A DNA stretch of 64,000 bases, taken from the human T2T-CHM13v2.0 reference genome, Homo sapiens. This document shows, in pieces, positions 22,138 through 37,979 of the stretch; position 1 is the stretch's first letter, and every line of letters begins with the position of its first letter. The notes beneath the pieces were generated by a model, which was not told the origin of the DNA, made no database searches, and saw nothing but the letters and a program-made list of their open reading frames with translations. The stretch lies in the NCBI RefSeq assembly GCF_009914755.1, contig NC_060925.1; one strand, 5' to 3'. Both the position numbers and the translations under genes were made by a program.

Positions 22138-23360
22138 GCTTTCACCACCCGTATTCAACATAGTACTGGAAATCCTAGCAAGAGAAATCAGGCAAGAGAA
22201 AGGAATAAAAGGCATCCAAATGGGAAAAGAAGGAGTCAAATTGTCCCTCTTTGCAGATGACATGCTTATATTTAGAAAAATCTCTATGGTGTCAGACTCC
22301 TTATACAAAGAAAAAAAAAATAGAAAAACCTAGACTCTACCACAAAACTCTTAGAACTAATAGACAAATTAAGTAAAGTATCAGGATGCAAAATCAACAT
22401 ACAAAAATCAGTAGTGTTTCTATATACCAATGAAGAACTGGCTGAAATATAAATCAAGAAGGCAATCCCACGTACAATAACTATGCACACACAAAAACTC
22501 TGCACACAAATTTAACCAAGAAGGTGAAAGCTCTCTACAGGGAAAACTACAAAGCACTGATGAAAGAAATTGTCGAGGACACAAACAAAAGGAAAGACAC
22601 CCTATGCTCACGGATTGGAAGAATTAGAATTGTTAAAATGGCCATACTACCCAAAGCAATCTACAGATTAATGAATCTACCAAAATACCAGTGACATTCT
22701 TCATAGAAAGAAAAACAACCCTAAAATTCACATGAAACCAAAAAGGAGCCTGAATAGCCAAAGCAATCTTGAGCAAAAAGAACAAAGCTGGAGGCATTTT
22801 TCCATCTGACTTCTGAACATATTACAAGGCTACAATAACCCAAACAGCACTGTACTGGTATAAAAATAGACACATAGACCAGTGGAACAGAATAGAGAAC
22901 CCAGAAATAAATCCACATATTTATAGCCAACTGATTTATGACAAAGGTGCCAATAACATACACTGAGGAAAGGACACCCTCTTCAATAAATGGTGCTGGG
23001 AAAACTGGACTGTCATAGGCGAAAGAATGAAAGTAGACCTCTGTCTCTCACCATATACAACAATCAACTCAAGATGGATTAAAGACTTAAATGTAAGGCC
23101 CCAAACTGTAGAACTACTAGAAGGAAACACTCCAGGACATTGGTCTAGGCAAATATTTTATGGCTAAGACCTCAAAAACAGAGGCAACTAAAACAAATAG
23201 ACAAATGGGACTATATTAAATTAAAAGGCTTCTGCACAGCACAGAAAATCAACAGAATGAAGAGATAACCTGTTGAATGGGAGAAAATATTTACAAACTA
23301 TTCATCTGACAAGAGAATAATATGCAGAATATACAAGAAACTCAACTCAGCAGTGAAAAA
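22138..23360 (+). mobile_element. L1 ORF2 fragment including the RT FADD motif
   Basis: Translation [42 protein letters not shown]; multiple stops and frameshifts. Confidence 0.92.
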
Positions 23361-23426
23361 TCTGGCCGGGTGCGGTGGTGCACACCTGTAATCCCAGCAT
23401 TTTGGGAGGCCAAGGCGGGCGGATCA

Positions 23427-23723
<297 letters not shown>

Positions 23724-26031
23724 TCATTAATTTGTTCAATAGTTATTTATAAGTTCTACCATATTTTACTCACTGCTCTGGTCTCAAGCATTAATAAGAC
23801 GTTGATTAGAACAGGGCCAAGGACAGAGCCCTATTGTACCTACTCCCAGAAATACGTTGGCTGTGAATCAGCTCTTTAGAGAACAGGGTTATTTTATCTG
23901 TTATCACTTCACCTAACCTATTTCCTCTAGCATCCCTAACTCCATTTTGTTTAGGAACATGTCTTCAGGCTTTTGGCACGTGCCTTAATGAAGTGAGATC
24001 CACACTGTCAAGCATCCCACCTTTTTCCAGACTAGTAGATTCTGTGTTTCTAACAACACTGTGGACCAGGATGTGGGTGTGAACTAGGTGTACACCTCAG
24101 CTTTGCACTTCTTGCTGTGAACCTGTGGCAAGTCACTTCAATTCTCAGAGCCTCAGGTTCCTCATCTCCAAAGAGGGCAACAAACCCAATCTTGCAAGGC
24201 TGTTATGAGAATTAGACATAATATACGTAAAATGTCCAGTACATACTACTTGTTTTTCCCCCTTATTTCAGGTCAGTTTCTGGGAGCACAGATCATACGT
24301 ACTACTTTTTGAACTTGCATATAAAAAAAATTAGAAAAGCAGCACTGAATTCCAGTTAGGGGAAATTAGATTTTTTTCAATTCCTATATAAATTCATGAG
24401 AAGTTTTAATTCAAGAATTTACAAATCAGAGAAATAGTATATACAAAAATGATTATCAAATATTAAGACTATTATCTTGAATTTCAATGAGTTTTGTATT
24501 TATTTAAAATATACAATATATGGTCATTGTAGTTATATATAATGTTAGCTTACTATCATTATTGTATTAATATGCAATAAAAGACTTTCCCAAGGCTCAG
24601 TGAAAACTAAGCACATTTTATTTTCTCTGTGTTTCATATGTAAAATAAACACCTTGTACAGGATTCTGGAAAGATGCTATGCTATGCCATTTTTTTTTTT
24701 TTGTTATTCTAAAAGGAAGGTAACCAGACACTGCTCGAAGAACTTAAATATTTGCATCTGGTTTTTAAAAAGTAGAGAGAAACAAAAAGCTGACAACTAT
24801 ATCTAGAGAGGGATATCAGTTCGGGGGAAAGAAGGGAGGCAGGCTGCTTTTTCACTATATAGCTGTTGTAACTTTTGAATTTTGTACCTTGTGCATATAT
24901 TATTATTATTTTATTTATTATTTATTTATTTATTTATTTATTTTTTTTTTTGAGATGGAGTCTCGCTCTGTCACCCAGGCTGGAGTGCAGTGGTGCGATC
25001 TCAGCCCACTGCAACTCTGCCTCTCGGGTTCAAGTGATTCTCCTGCCTCAGCCTCCCGAGTAGCTGGGATTACAGGCGCCCGCCACCATGCTCAACTAAT
25101 TTTTGTATTTTTAGTAGAGACGGGGTTTCACCGTATTGGCCAGGCTGGTCTCGAATTTCTGACCTTGTGATCCGCCCGCCTCAGCCTCCCAAAGTGCTGG
25201 GATTACAGGCGTGAGCCACTGATTGAAAAAATAGTTAATCTTTTTAAATAGTGGCAAAATAATTTTAAATAACACTATCCTTTTCACTGAGTTTACTTCT
25301 ATAAAATCTGAAAGCCTTAAATACAAAGAAGGCAAACTAAATTCCCTGAAAAGTCCCATTCAAGTCTGATAATATATGGATTAAATCAGTTAAATGAACC
25401 ACATTAAAATAGATTGACTTTATAACAATTTCTAATCTCTGCCTGCTGGACATTCAAATGAAAACTAAACTGTTTCTACAAAGATGCCCAATTCATTGCA
25501 AATATTTTACCAAGAACACCAAAATTTTAAACACGGACACTTTTTAGATACAATGAACAGGATAGTAAGCTATATTGATTGATTGATTGATTGACTGACT
25601 TTGAGACAGAGTCTTGCTCTGTTGCACAGACTGGAGTGCAGTGGCACAGCCTCGGCTCACTGCTACCTCCGCCTCCTGAGTTTAAGCGATTCTCCTACCT
25701 CTGCCTCCTGAATAGCTGGGATTACAGATGCCCGCTACCACACCCAGCTAATTTTTATATTTTTAGTAGAGATGGGGTTTCACCATGTTGGCCAGGGTGG
25801 TCTCAAACTCCTGACCTCAGGTGACCTGCCTGCCTTGGCCTCCCAAAGTGCTGAGATTACAGGCATGAGCCACCATGCCTGGCTAGTAAGCTAGATTTAG
25901 ACATTAAAATTCAAAATCTATTTTTTTAGAATAGTTTGGGCAACTGTATAAGATTTGTGATTGTATATTTGATTGTTGCTGATAAAATTGTATATGAACA
26001 ATCAACAATTTACATAAACCCTGACTGCCTA

Positions 26032-26271
<240 letters not shown>

Positions 26272-26720
26272 TCAGGAGGCTGAGGCAAGAGGATCGCTTG
26301 AGCCCAGGAGTTTGATGTTGCAGTGAGCTATAATTGTGCCACTGCACTCCAGCTTGAGAGACAGAGTGAGACCTTGTCTAAAAAGAAAAAAAAGCGACCC
26401 TCCCATCTCAGCCCCCTAAGTAGCTGGGACTGCAGGCGTGTGCCACTCACTACATCCGGCTAATTTTTTGCATGTTTAGTAGAGACGGGTTTCGCCACGT
26501 TGCCCAGGCTGGTCTTGAACTCCGGCTCAAACAATCTGCCTGCCTCAGCCTCCAAAATTGTTGGGATTATAGGCCTGAGCCATTGCACGCCAGCCAGGAG
26601 ACATAGATTATCAGTAGACACTCAATGGATGATGGCTCAGAATTTCTTTTCACTTTGTTTAGTTAACCAGAAGAAAATGATTTATTTCTTGCCATAGTCA
26701 TATAAAACAATTTGCTTTTA

Positions 26721-27265
<545 letters not shown>

Positions 27266-28109
27266 CTAAGCAAATATAGTTGTGTTGGGAGAAAAGTTCC
27301 CCCAACTTGCCTGGTGCAATGGTATTACCTCCCTTGTGAAGTTCCTGGCACTATAGTAGGTACCCAGCCAAAATAAGACCCCTTCCTGCTTCCACGTCAA
27401 CCTCAGTAGCCAAGGTTTCGTAACTCCTGCCTTTAAACTGAAGAAACTGTATCAATGTCTCGTAATGTAATAGTTCCATACCTGGCAGTAAAGAAAACCA
27501 AACTTAAAGAGCCACTTGAGCAGAGGAGATAGACCAAATCTGTTGTATTGGTTGGCATTCAGGGAAAACTCAAAGTCAAAAGGCACCATCTCAAGACCAT
27601 CCAGAAAAGCTCGTTGGGCCCTTGATCCAGAAAGCACCCAGCTGGTCTCCTAGAGAGCGCTGTAGGGATTCTGAAATCATTACACGTGGTTTTTAACCCA
27701 GCCCCAGTTGGATGCAGATATAAGAACCAAGAATTTGCCCTGTAGGTGTATGACGAGTTGCTTCTTCATAAGTTGTGTTGAGACCCAGCAGGCAAAGACA
27801 CACCTGTTCAAAGCTAATATTCTGTTAAACAATAACCAGGGACTACTCATGAAGTTCCTCCAGATGTCTGAAGACTCCCAGGGGCGAAAGGCCCCAACGG
27901 AAAGGCCTGGCAGTTGTTCAAAAGCCACACTGGATTACTACAGCTTCCAGCCGCTCAAATTGAAACTGCCCAGGTCGAAGAGTTCTAGGAGCAGTGTAGT
28001 GACCCTTTAACTACATGCTACTTTAACCTGCATCTTCCAAACTCTTTGAATTTTTTTTTTCTTTTCCAGGACACGAAAAAAATTCAGAATAATAAAAAAA
28101 AAGAATAGC

Positions 28110-28350
28110 AGTAACTACTTTTTCCTGTGTTACTGCTTGTGCCAGACCCTGTAGAAGTGCATAATATGCTACGTCAACTCCATCAATATTTCTTCATAAC
28201 AATCTGCAAGGAAGTATTATTGTTCTTATTTTACAAATGAAAAACCTGAGTCTCAGAGAGGTTTGGTAGTTTGCTGAAGTTCACGTAGCTAACAAGTGGC
28301 AAAGGTAGGATGTGAATTCAGGATGGATTGGCATGAATACCCACGATCTT
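28110..28350 (-). mobile_element. MIR fragment (others near 360-510, 10170-10380, 24060-24250, 30230-30440, 49960-50150, 59885-60100, 63430-63665)
   Basis: TTATTTTACAAATGAAAAACCTGAGTCTCAGAGAGG...AAGTTCACGTAGCTAACAAGTGGC MIR core. Confidence 0.7.
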
Positions 28351-29552
28351 TACTCTCAGTACACAGCTTCATACTTACATGCAGGGTTACAATGTGCTTG
28401 GTAAGGCAAGAAATCTCTACCAACACAGGATTTTTTTGAGGATTAACTAAGAAAACATAAATAAGCACACAGCCTGTTGCCTGATACACGTTAGGAACTA
28501 AGTAAATGCTTATTTTGTTTTAAAATCATTACCCTACATTCTGGAAAATGTGCCATGGAATGGGACGGGCCCACAATGGTTTTTCTATAGAGTTTTTAGC
28601 GGGTTCTGGGGACAACTATTATATATTTTAAAATAGCAACGCTCACATGCTCCATAGTAAATCAGTTGGCCAAGTTAAAAATAGATTCTAAACATAGCAA
28701 GAGCAGAAATTCAATCTAAGATACTAAGTCATGGAAAGCAGTTGACAGTGGTTGCAACAGAGAAAAGGAAGCGCAGGCACACACTGATTCTACATGTGGA
28801 TAAAATTCTCCAACCTCCATTTCAGGTTTGTTCTATTCTCTATAGCAGAAAACATGCACACATATATATGCATACATGCATATACATATGCATGCAAATA
28901 AATAAACTAAGATGACACATTCTATTTATCTGCAATAGCACCATTTACAAACCTATTAATTTTGAGATTTTGGTACTTATTAGCACGTACTAGATACACT
29001 ACAACAATATATAGTTCCTCAACATTTTTAGGTGTAAGAGAGAGGATGGTTAATGTTTAAAATATTTGGGGTGCAGATACACAGATGGCTAGACTGGTAG
29101 ATAACTAGAAAGGATGGGGACAGAAGCTATATACCCTCTGTGCTCAGTCAATTTACAGTGGCAGCCTTAGAGAGTTGGGTTAATGCTGCCATTCTGTCAT
29201 TTGAAACCCCGGGAACTGGTATGCCAGATAAAACTGCAATCACTGTGCCAAGGACTCAGGAAAAGGCGTGGAGCTTAGGTTCTCCCTCAGCCTCCTACTT
29301 TTAAACTGTTGTTTGGAGCACACAATTACTTTCTCTCAGTTGCTAGGGTGGGTGCTTCAGCTGTGGGTGTCACTATTTAGGGAGGAAGCCATGAAATGTA
29401 TATCCTTAAATCACATAGTCTTGTTCCATGTACGTCAAGAAGAGAATGACTGAGGGATGTCTATTATAAACTGGAGTAATGGCACATCACACCAAATAAA
29501 ACTTTCCATGGGATACTAACATAAAAGCAGATCCATTATAAATATAAAAGAA

Positions 29553-29626
29553 GAATGATACAGAGAAGATCAGCATGGTCCCTGAGCAAGGATGATACAT
29601 GAATTCATGAAGCTTTCCATATTTTT
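29553..29626 (+). pseudogene. 5'-truncated U6 snRNA pseudogene
   Basis: GAATGATACAGAGAAGATCAGCATGGTCCCTGAGCAAGGATGATACATGAATTCATGAAGCTTTCCATATTTTT matches the 3' ~70% of U6 including the ACAGAGA box, with CpG decay. Confidence 0.92.
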
Positions 29627-29627
29627 A

Positions 29628-29792
<165 letters not shown>

Positions 29793-29839
29793 TCACGCCT
29801 GTAATCTCAGCACTTTGGGAGGGTGAGGTGGGCGGATCA

Positions 29840-30061
<222 letters not shown>

Positions 30062-31066
30062 TTAAAAAAAACAAAACAAAACACCAAAATAACAACAAAA
30101 AAACCTACAGAAAGACTTATGACACAATTGATAATTTAGGATCAATAACTTTCTCCTTTTTTTAAAAACAAAAGCTTGAAATATATTTATTTGTAAAACA
30201 CCATGTGAAATAGAATAATTGAGGATAAAAACACAGGAGAGTGGTTAGCAGTGCAGGTGTTGGAGTCAGGCTACTTGTGTTTGGTCAATACTAACTGCAG
30301 GTCTTTGGACAAGAAGTCTCGCTTCTCTAGGTCACGGTGTCCTAAAATGTCATAGTATACACTTCATAGAGTCATTGTGGCTGTTAAAGTCCTATATGCT
30401 AGCCATGATCCTAGCACATAGCATTCTAAACATTAGCTATTACCATTTTCTAAAAGTAACAGAGGCAAGAGATTACTAAATACTTGAGATAAGCGGATTA
30501 CTGTAATTGAGGACTGATTTTCCTAGAAGCTAAGGAAAAGAAAAAGGTTTTACTTTCTGACAAAGAAACAATCAGCATACATCAGTGAAGACTGCCCAAA
30601 CTTAAATAGGAGATTAGTAAAGGAATCTTTGAATACAGGACATTGCATCAAATAGCAGGTATCGCAATGACAGCTTTGCACACCGCAGAAATAATTGTTT
30701 ACGTGTAGTGCCTGCTGTCCACTCTCTAAAAGAGCTGAGGGGGTAGGGCACTATATTGTAACTCATGTAGAGGAACTGAGACATATGCTCCAAATTCTTT
30801 GCCTTCTGACTTCTTATGGTTAGGACACGGAAAAATCCAGAAAACTGAACATATGAAACTTGCAAATGACTGATATCTTAAGTGTATGTTCGGCAGAAGC
30901 GGATCATGCTTTATTCATAATTAAGTTATCTAAATTTTTGGCTCAACAAGTATTTGTTTCCGACATTGAACAAAGGTATATGGCTTATAAGGATGAATAA
31001 GACGCATTATTCTTTTTGCCCTTATATGGTCCACATGAGGATTAAAGAAACACCACATGCTGGTCA

Positions 31067-31420
<354 letters not shown>

Positions 31421-31950
31421 TCAAATGGAAATAAGAGTCAAATTTCTAAGCTGGGCACAGTGGAGCACACCTGTAATCCCAGCACTTTGGGAGGCTAAGG
31501 CAGGAGGATCGCTTGAGCCCAGGAGTTCGAGACCAGCCAGGGCAACAGAGTGAAACTCCTGTCTCAATAAAATAAATAAATAAATAATGAAAAAAATGTA
31601 AAAAGAAATTTCTGCTGTCCTCCCAGATGCAAGGCCAGTTGGTGCTGCAGGGAATAAGGTTGCCTAAAGATAGAATCATGACAGCATTTTACTTAGGAAA
31701 GAGCTATGGATGAACTTGAATACTTGGATAAGTTCATGGTTAATATGTCAGATTACATATGCCACATAATATAAGGAAATTGTTATACCATGAAAAAAGT
31801 TAAGACCGGTTAATTCAGCCCTTCTCTTTATTTGCAAATTGGCCCTGTAAACTTTGTCTAGTTTCAGGAACTGTTGGAGGGATTTTGGAATCAGATTTAA
31901 TCGCTCCTGGTCTGTGCTACTTAACTTGCAAGCATTTCTCTGATATAGTA

Positions 31951-32029
31951 TTAGGTTGGTGCAAAAGTAATTGCGGTTTTTGCCATTACTTTTAATGGCA
32001 AAACAGCAATTACTTTTGCACCAACCGAA
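31951..32029. mobile_element. MADE1 (Hsmar1-derived MITE), intact hairpin
   Basis: TTAGGTTGGTGCAAAAGTAATTGCGGTTTTTGCCATT...AATGGCAAAACAGCAATTACTTTTGCACCAACCGAA, flanked by TA. Confidence 0.95.
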
Positions 32030-32216
32030 TACTTTTCTTATTGTGCTTTCTTTCACCTGTAGAGTCCAAGGTACTTGTTCATTAATTGAGCCAAATTATT
32101 TAGGTTTAAAAAAAGAGTTCTGGGACACAGCTCTCTTCGACGTGGAGATGGATGTCTTGGATGGATGAATATATTAATTAATCCAGTATTTCCTGAATTT
32201 TTTCAGTTATACATTA

Positions 32217-32599
32217 TGATATGGTTTGGATTTCTGTCCCCGCCCAAATCTCATGTCGAATTGTAATCCCCCATGTTGGAGGAGGGTCCTGGTGGGAGGT
32301 GATGGGATCATGGAGGTGGATTTCCCCCTTGCTGTTCTCGTGATAGTGAGTGAGTTCTCTCGTGATCTGGTTGTTTAAAGGTGTGTAGTCCCTCCCCCTG
32401 CTCCCTCTTCCCCTTTCTCCAGCCTCATCACAGGTGCTGCTTCCCCTTCACCCTCTGCCGTGATTGTAAATTTCCTGAGGCCTCCCCAGCCATGCTTCCT
32501 GTACAGCCTGTTGGACTGTGAGTCAGTTAAACCTCTTTTCTTTATACATTATCCAGTCTTGGGTAGTTCTTTACAGCAATTCGAGAACGAACTAATACA
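32217..32599 (+). mobile_element. MaLR solo LTR (MSTA-like)
   Basis: TGATATGGTTTGG start, AAACCTCTTTTCTTTATA...ACTAATACA end; TG...CA termini; imperfect 5-bp TSD CATTA/CTTTA. Confidence 0.9.
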
Positions 32600-33549
32600 C
32601 TTTACTTCTTTTTTCTCTCTCTCTGTCTCCTCCCAGGCTGGAGTGCGGTGGCATGATCATAGCTTACTGCAGCCTCGAACTCCTGGACTCAAGCCACCCT
32701 ACTGCCTTTGGCCTCCCAAAGCGCTGAGATTACATGTGTAAGCCACTGTACCTAGCCACCCTTTACTTCTGATTTTTGTCAGGTCCATGTTACTTGTACT
32801 ATTAGATACCAACATTTTCTTTAATTTGACATAAATTGTCCAATTTTTAAAACATAGTCCCATCGTAAGCAATGATATCTGTGAAATCTGAGTTTGAGGC
32901 AGATGTTTAAATATACCTTAAAATAAAAACAACTATATAAATAAATTAAAATCATGAGCCACATAAAATAGCCTTCCACTCACTTTGGAAAACAAAGTAT
33001 TAATCAATTAATAAAATTTTGAACTGGAAAGGTCTCTTTTAGATTTTCTAATCCAACTCAGAGTTCCACAGAGATTCAGCCAAAGTCACCAGCTGAGGGA
33101 AGAGTTGGGAGTAGAGCCTCAGTCTACGGTTTAGTGTGAAAAGTTTAGGGCTTTCTTTACCATGTTTGTTGCAAATTATGCCCCCAACTAGCTGAACAGC
33201 TATTTAAATATAAGCATTCCTATCAAATACAATGATTTTAGTTTGGGTATAAATGGTGCCAAAGTAATTCTTCTGTTGGTAGCTAATAGGTCTGACTGCT
33301 TAAGCTCACTAAAATACTTATTTTCTTATTTGCGGAAGCAATAGCTCTCTCTAATTATTTAAAAATTATCAAATAAACTGGATTCAGTGGTGTGTGCCTG
33401 TAGTCCCACCTACTCAGGAGGCTGAAGTGGGAGGATTGCCTGAGGCCTGAAGTCCAAGACCACACCCACACATACGTGCGTGCACGGGTGAGTGTTATAG
33501 AATAAAAAGAATGGGTTACACTAATTCATTTGTTTATTTTTTTTTTTGA

Positions 33550-33834
<285 letters not shown>

Positions 33835-34214
33835 TAATTTAAAATGTTACTAATAGGGGAGACCGGTGGGGAGGCAGGCAGAAAGGAGGTATAGGGGAAC
33901 TCTACATTTTGCTTAATTATTTTGTAAAGCTAAATCTGCTCTAAAGATAAAGTCTAATAGTAAAAGCAAAGATAGAATGATATTGAAGCATAGTCCTCTT
34001 TAAAAATAGGATTGTGTCTAGCTGAGATCACTCTCTTCTACTTTATCTTAGCAATAGTGTTTTGCTACGGACTATGATGAAGCATTAAGGGCCAGGAGCG
34101 GTCAAGGTTGGACAGTTTGGCCCATTTATGGTTTAGTACAGATATGGAGGGCATGTAGGTGTCTAGGCCCTGGATTGGAAGTGAAATTTGCCCTTAACAT
34201 TATCAACACAGTGA

Positions 34215-34541
<327 letters not shown>

Positions 34542-36508
34542 TGATCCCCAAATTCTATTAGTGTTATTACTAGGTGATACTTACGGAAAATAGACAATGA
34601 TTATCCTAAGATTTCAAAGCATAAGTATTAAGTGGTAAAAATGTCATACCCGTTTTAAAGAAAGGGGGGCGTAGAGGCCTAACATTCCTAAATGACACTG
34701 GGGCAAAAATAGAAATAAAATCCAGGTGTCTAGGGCCTGGCTTTCCCATCGTTGCCGTTCATTGTTAAAGTGATCATTAAACAATAACAATACAAAGAAA
34801 GACAGGGTCATAGTCTTATGAGCACTCATATTTTAAAGAGAAAGGCGTTAAAAAGAAGCTATACAGGAGCCTCAATTCTGCATAGGCATGGTTTTTTAAG
34901 ATGATTTAGGGAAGGTTTTGTGTTTGTTGCCATTAGTTTTAAAAGTATTAAATTCTTGGTTATATCCTTTTTTTAAAAAATTGTATTTGCCCTAATCATA
35001 TAACATGAAAAACGTACGATCAAGGCAAAAAAATAAAGTGCTAGGTTTAGTTATTTGGTTTCAAATAAGCCACAACTAGTATGAAATTTCTAGTTAATAT
35101 TCTACTTAAAGGTCTACAAATTCAAAGGCCTTGAGACCCACTTAAGGCACCGAAATAAAATAACTTAGTGAATAAACTTAGCCAAATTACTTAAATCCCT
35201 AATCCCTTGCTTTTTACAAATAGGAATACCTCACCACTTGTCTCCTGGGAAAGATACTATTAGTCTATTCTGATGACACTTCTATGGCATTTTGGATTGC
35301 CAGTTGATAATTTTCAAAAAAGGTAGATACAAACCATTGCTGGGTATGCTGTGGCCATGATGAGGGCATAGTATACATGCTGTATACTATTTGAAGGAGA
35401 ATGTAGTTTTGGTGGGTGAGTGTCTCAAGTTTGTGGGTCATTGTTACCAGCTGTAAAAGGACCTCAGCAACTGCAGAGCAGTTATCAGGTTTGTGTACTC
35501 CCTGTTGGACCTAGAAGACAGTCCTGCACCTAGTAGGTGCTCCAGAAGCATTTTCTGAATGCCGAGTGAATCGTCCCCCTCCAAGACTGGAGAGGGAGGC
35601 TAAAATGAACAAGAGCCCCCCCAGGAGTTTGTGCCTGCCTTCCTTTTACTACTTGGTGAGGAAGGATTACGAATATGTAAGAAATGAGAGGCACTAGAGA
35701 ATGAAGTAAACCCTTCAACAGTTACCCAGCTGTCCCTTGGCCTGACTTCCCCTAGCTCCATGCCCCAAATGCAACTCACTTTTCCCTTCCATCCAAGCCT
35801 TCCTAAAAATAACTTCCTTTTCTAACTTCTCACTCCTGTCACCACTATTCATTTCCAAGTCTCACACCTTCCCTTACCTCCTTGAAAATATAGCTGACCT
35901 GAAAAAAAAAGGCGGGGCGGGGGGTAAGGGTGGGGGAAGAGTGTAGAGAAAAACCCAGCCAAACTGTGAAGATGTTTTACTGTTACGTGTTTGCACTGCA
36001 TTGCGTAGTGACGTTCTCTGTTGAAAATGGGGCTGCAGATGCTTGTTCTAGGGTAGTTACTAGGTAATGTGGGACTTTAGGAAGGAGTTAGCTTCCAACT
36101 CACAAGAATATTTAGTCTCAACTGATTTTTATTCTTAAGCATCTTATTAAGTGTAAGTGTCCATAACCCAGGCCTGCACAGTCAAGGTCAGGTACTGCAT
36201 TGAGTCATTCTCTGCTCAATTTTTTTCCTTGCCCCACCTCTACTGTAACCTTTTAAAAAAATAAGATACAAGGTTTCACTGTCACACAGGTACGCAGTAC
36301 AGTGGCAAGATCATTAACCTCGAACTCCTGGCCTCAAGCAATCCTCCTGTCTCTCAGCCTCCCAAAGGAGGCATGAGCCACCGTGTCTGGCTCAATTTTC
36401 TGCTCAATTTTAAGGCTCAAAATAGTATTGTAATTGCTCATAATATAAAACATAGTACAAATTCAGTTTTTACTACTTATCTGCTTGTTGAATGCGTATT
36501 GCAATTTA

Positions 36509-36868
<360 letters not shown>

Positions 36869-37659
36869 TTATTCAGACCCAGGATATTTTTCCTTTGTCC
36901 TGTCAGAGCCTCATGGACTACCATTCATCTGGGGAAACTCTGGGAAGGAAAATTAATTATAGTGCTGGCAGCATTGGAATGGTCAGGTGACAGAGAAGCC
37001 ACGTGTGCCACGTGTCAGGCATCTCCTCTTACCATCTCAGAGGGACTCACGAACTTTCTGAATCAGGAGCCATGTTTGTAAAAATTTTCTAACATTCCAG
37101 AACCTTTATAATATTTCTGCTTGCTAATTTTATTATCCTATCTCTTTCCCCATAGCTCAGCAGTAAAACTCTTTAAATAATTTTTTTTTTTAAAAAGTAC
37201 ATGATTACATTCAAGGGTAACAAGGAGGGTGGAAGCTAGAAAGATTGGGGGACTCTAGCCCCCTTCACAGTGCCCCTCATCTGTCACCCCATTGGATGGT
37301 GTATGCCTCCCTCCGGGGGAGAAAAGCAGGCTAAGCCCCTGGGGCTTGATACACGGAGGAAAAGAAAAACTCCAGAGTAAGATTCTGAGGCACAACCTGG
37401 AAGAGACTCTTGGGGCTGAGCAGTAGAGAGGCTTTGCCTTTCAGAGAAGCAAATTGGGGATCTTAACTCTTGGTTTCCTCATGTTTCATATGGAAATATT
37501 AGTATATTTCTTACAGGGCTATTGTGATGATTACATAAGATAGTCCATGTAAAATGCTTGACATACTTCCTAGAACACAGTAAATGCTCCAAACATTACC
37601 ACTATTGGCCCTCGAGTCACTGGAGGGTGACACGGACATAGTCCAGAAAAAGTAAATCA

Positions 37660-37979
<320 letters not shown>

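Noticed and set aside
29553-29626. Functional U6 gene
   Set aside because: 5' stem-loop missing, multiple substitutions, no PSE/TATA upstream
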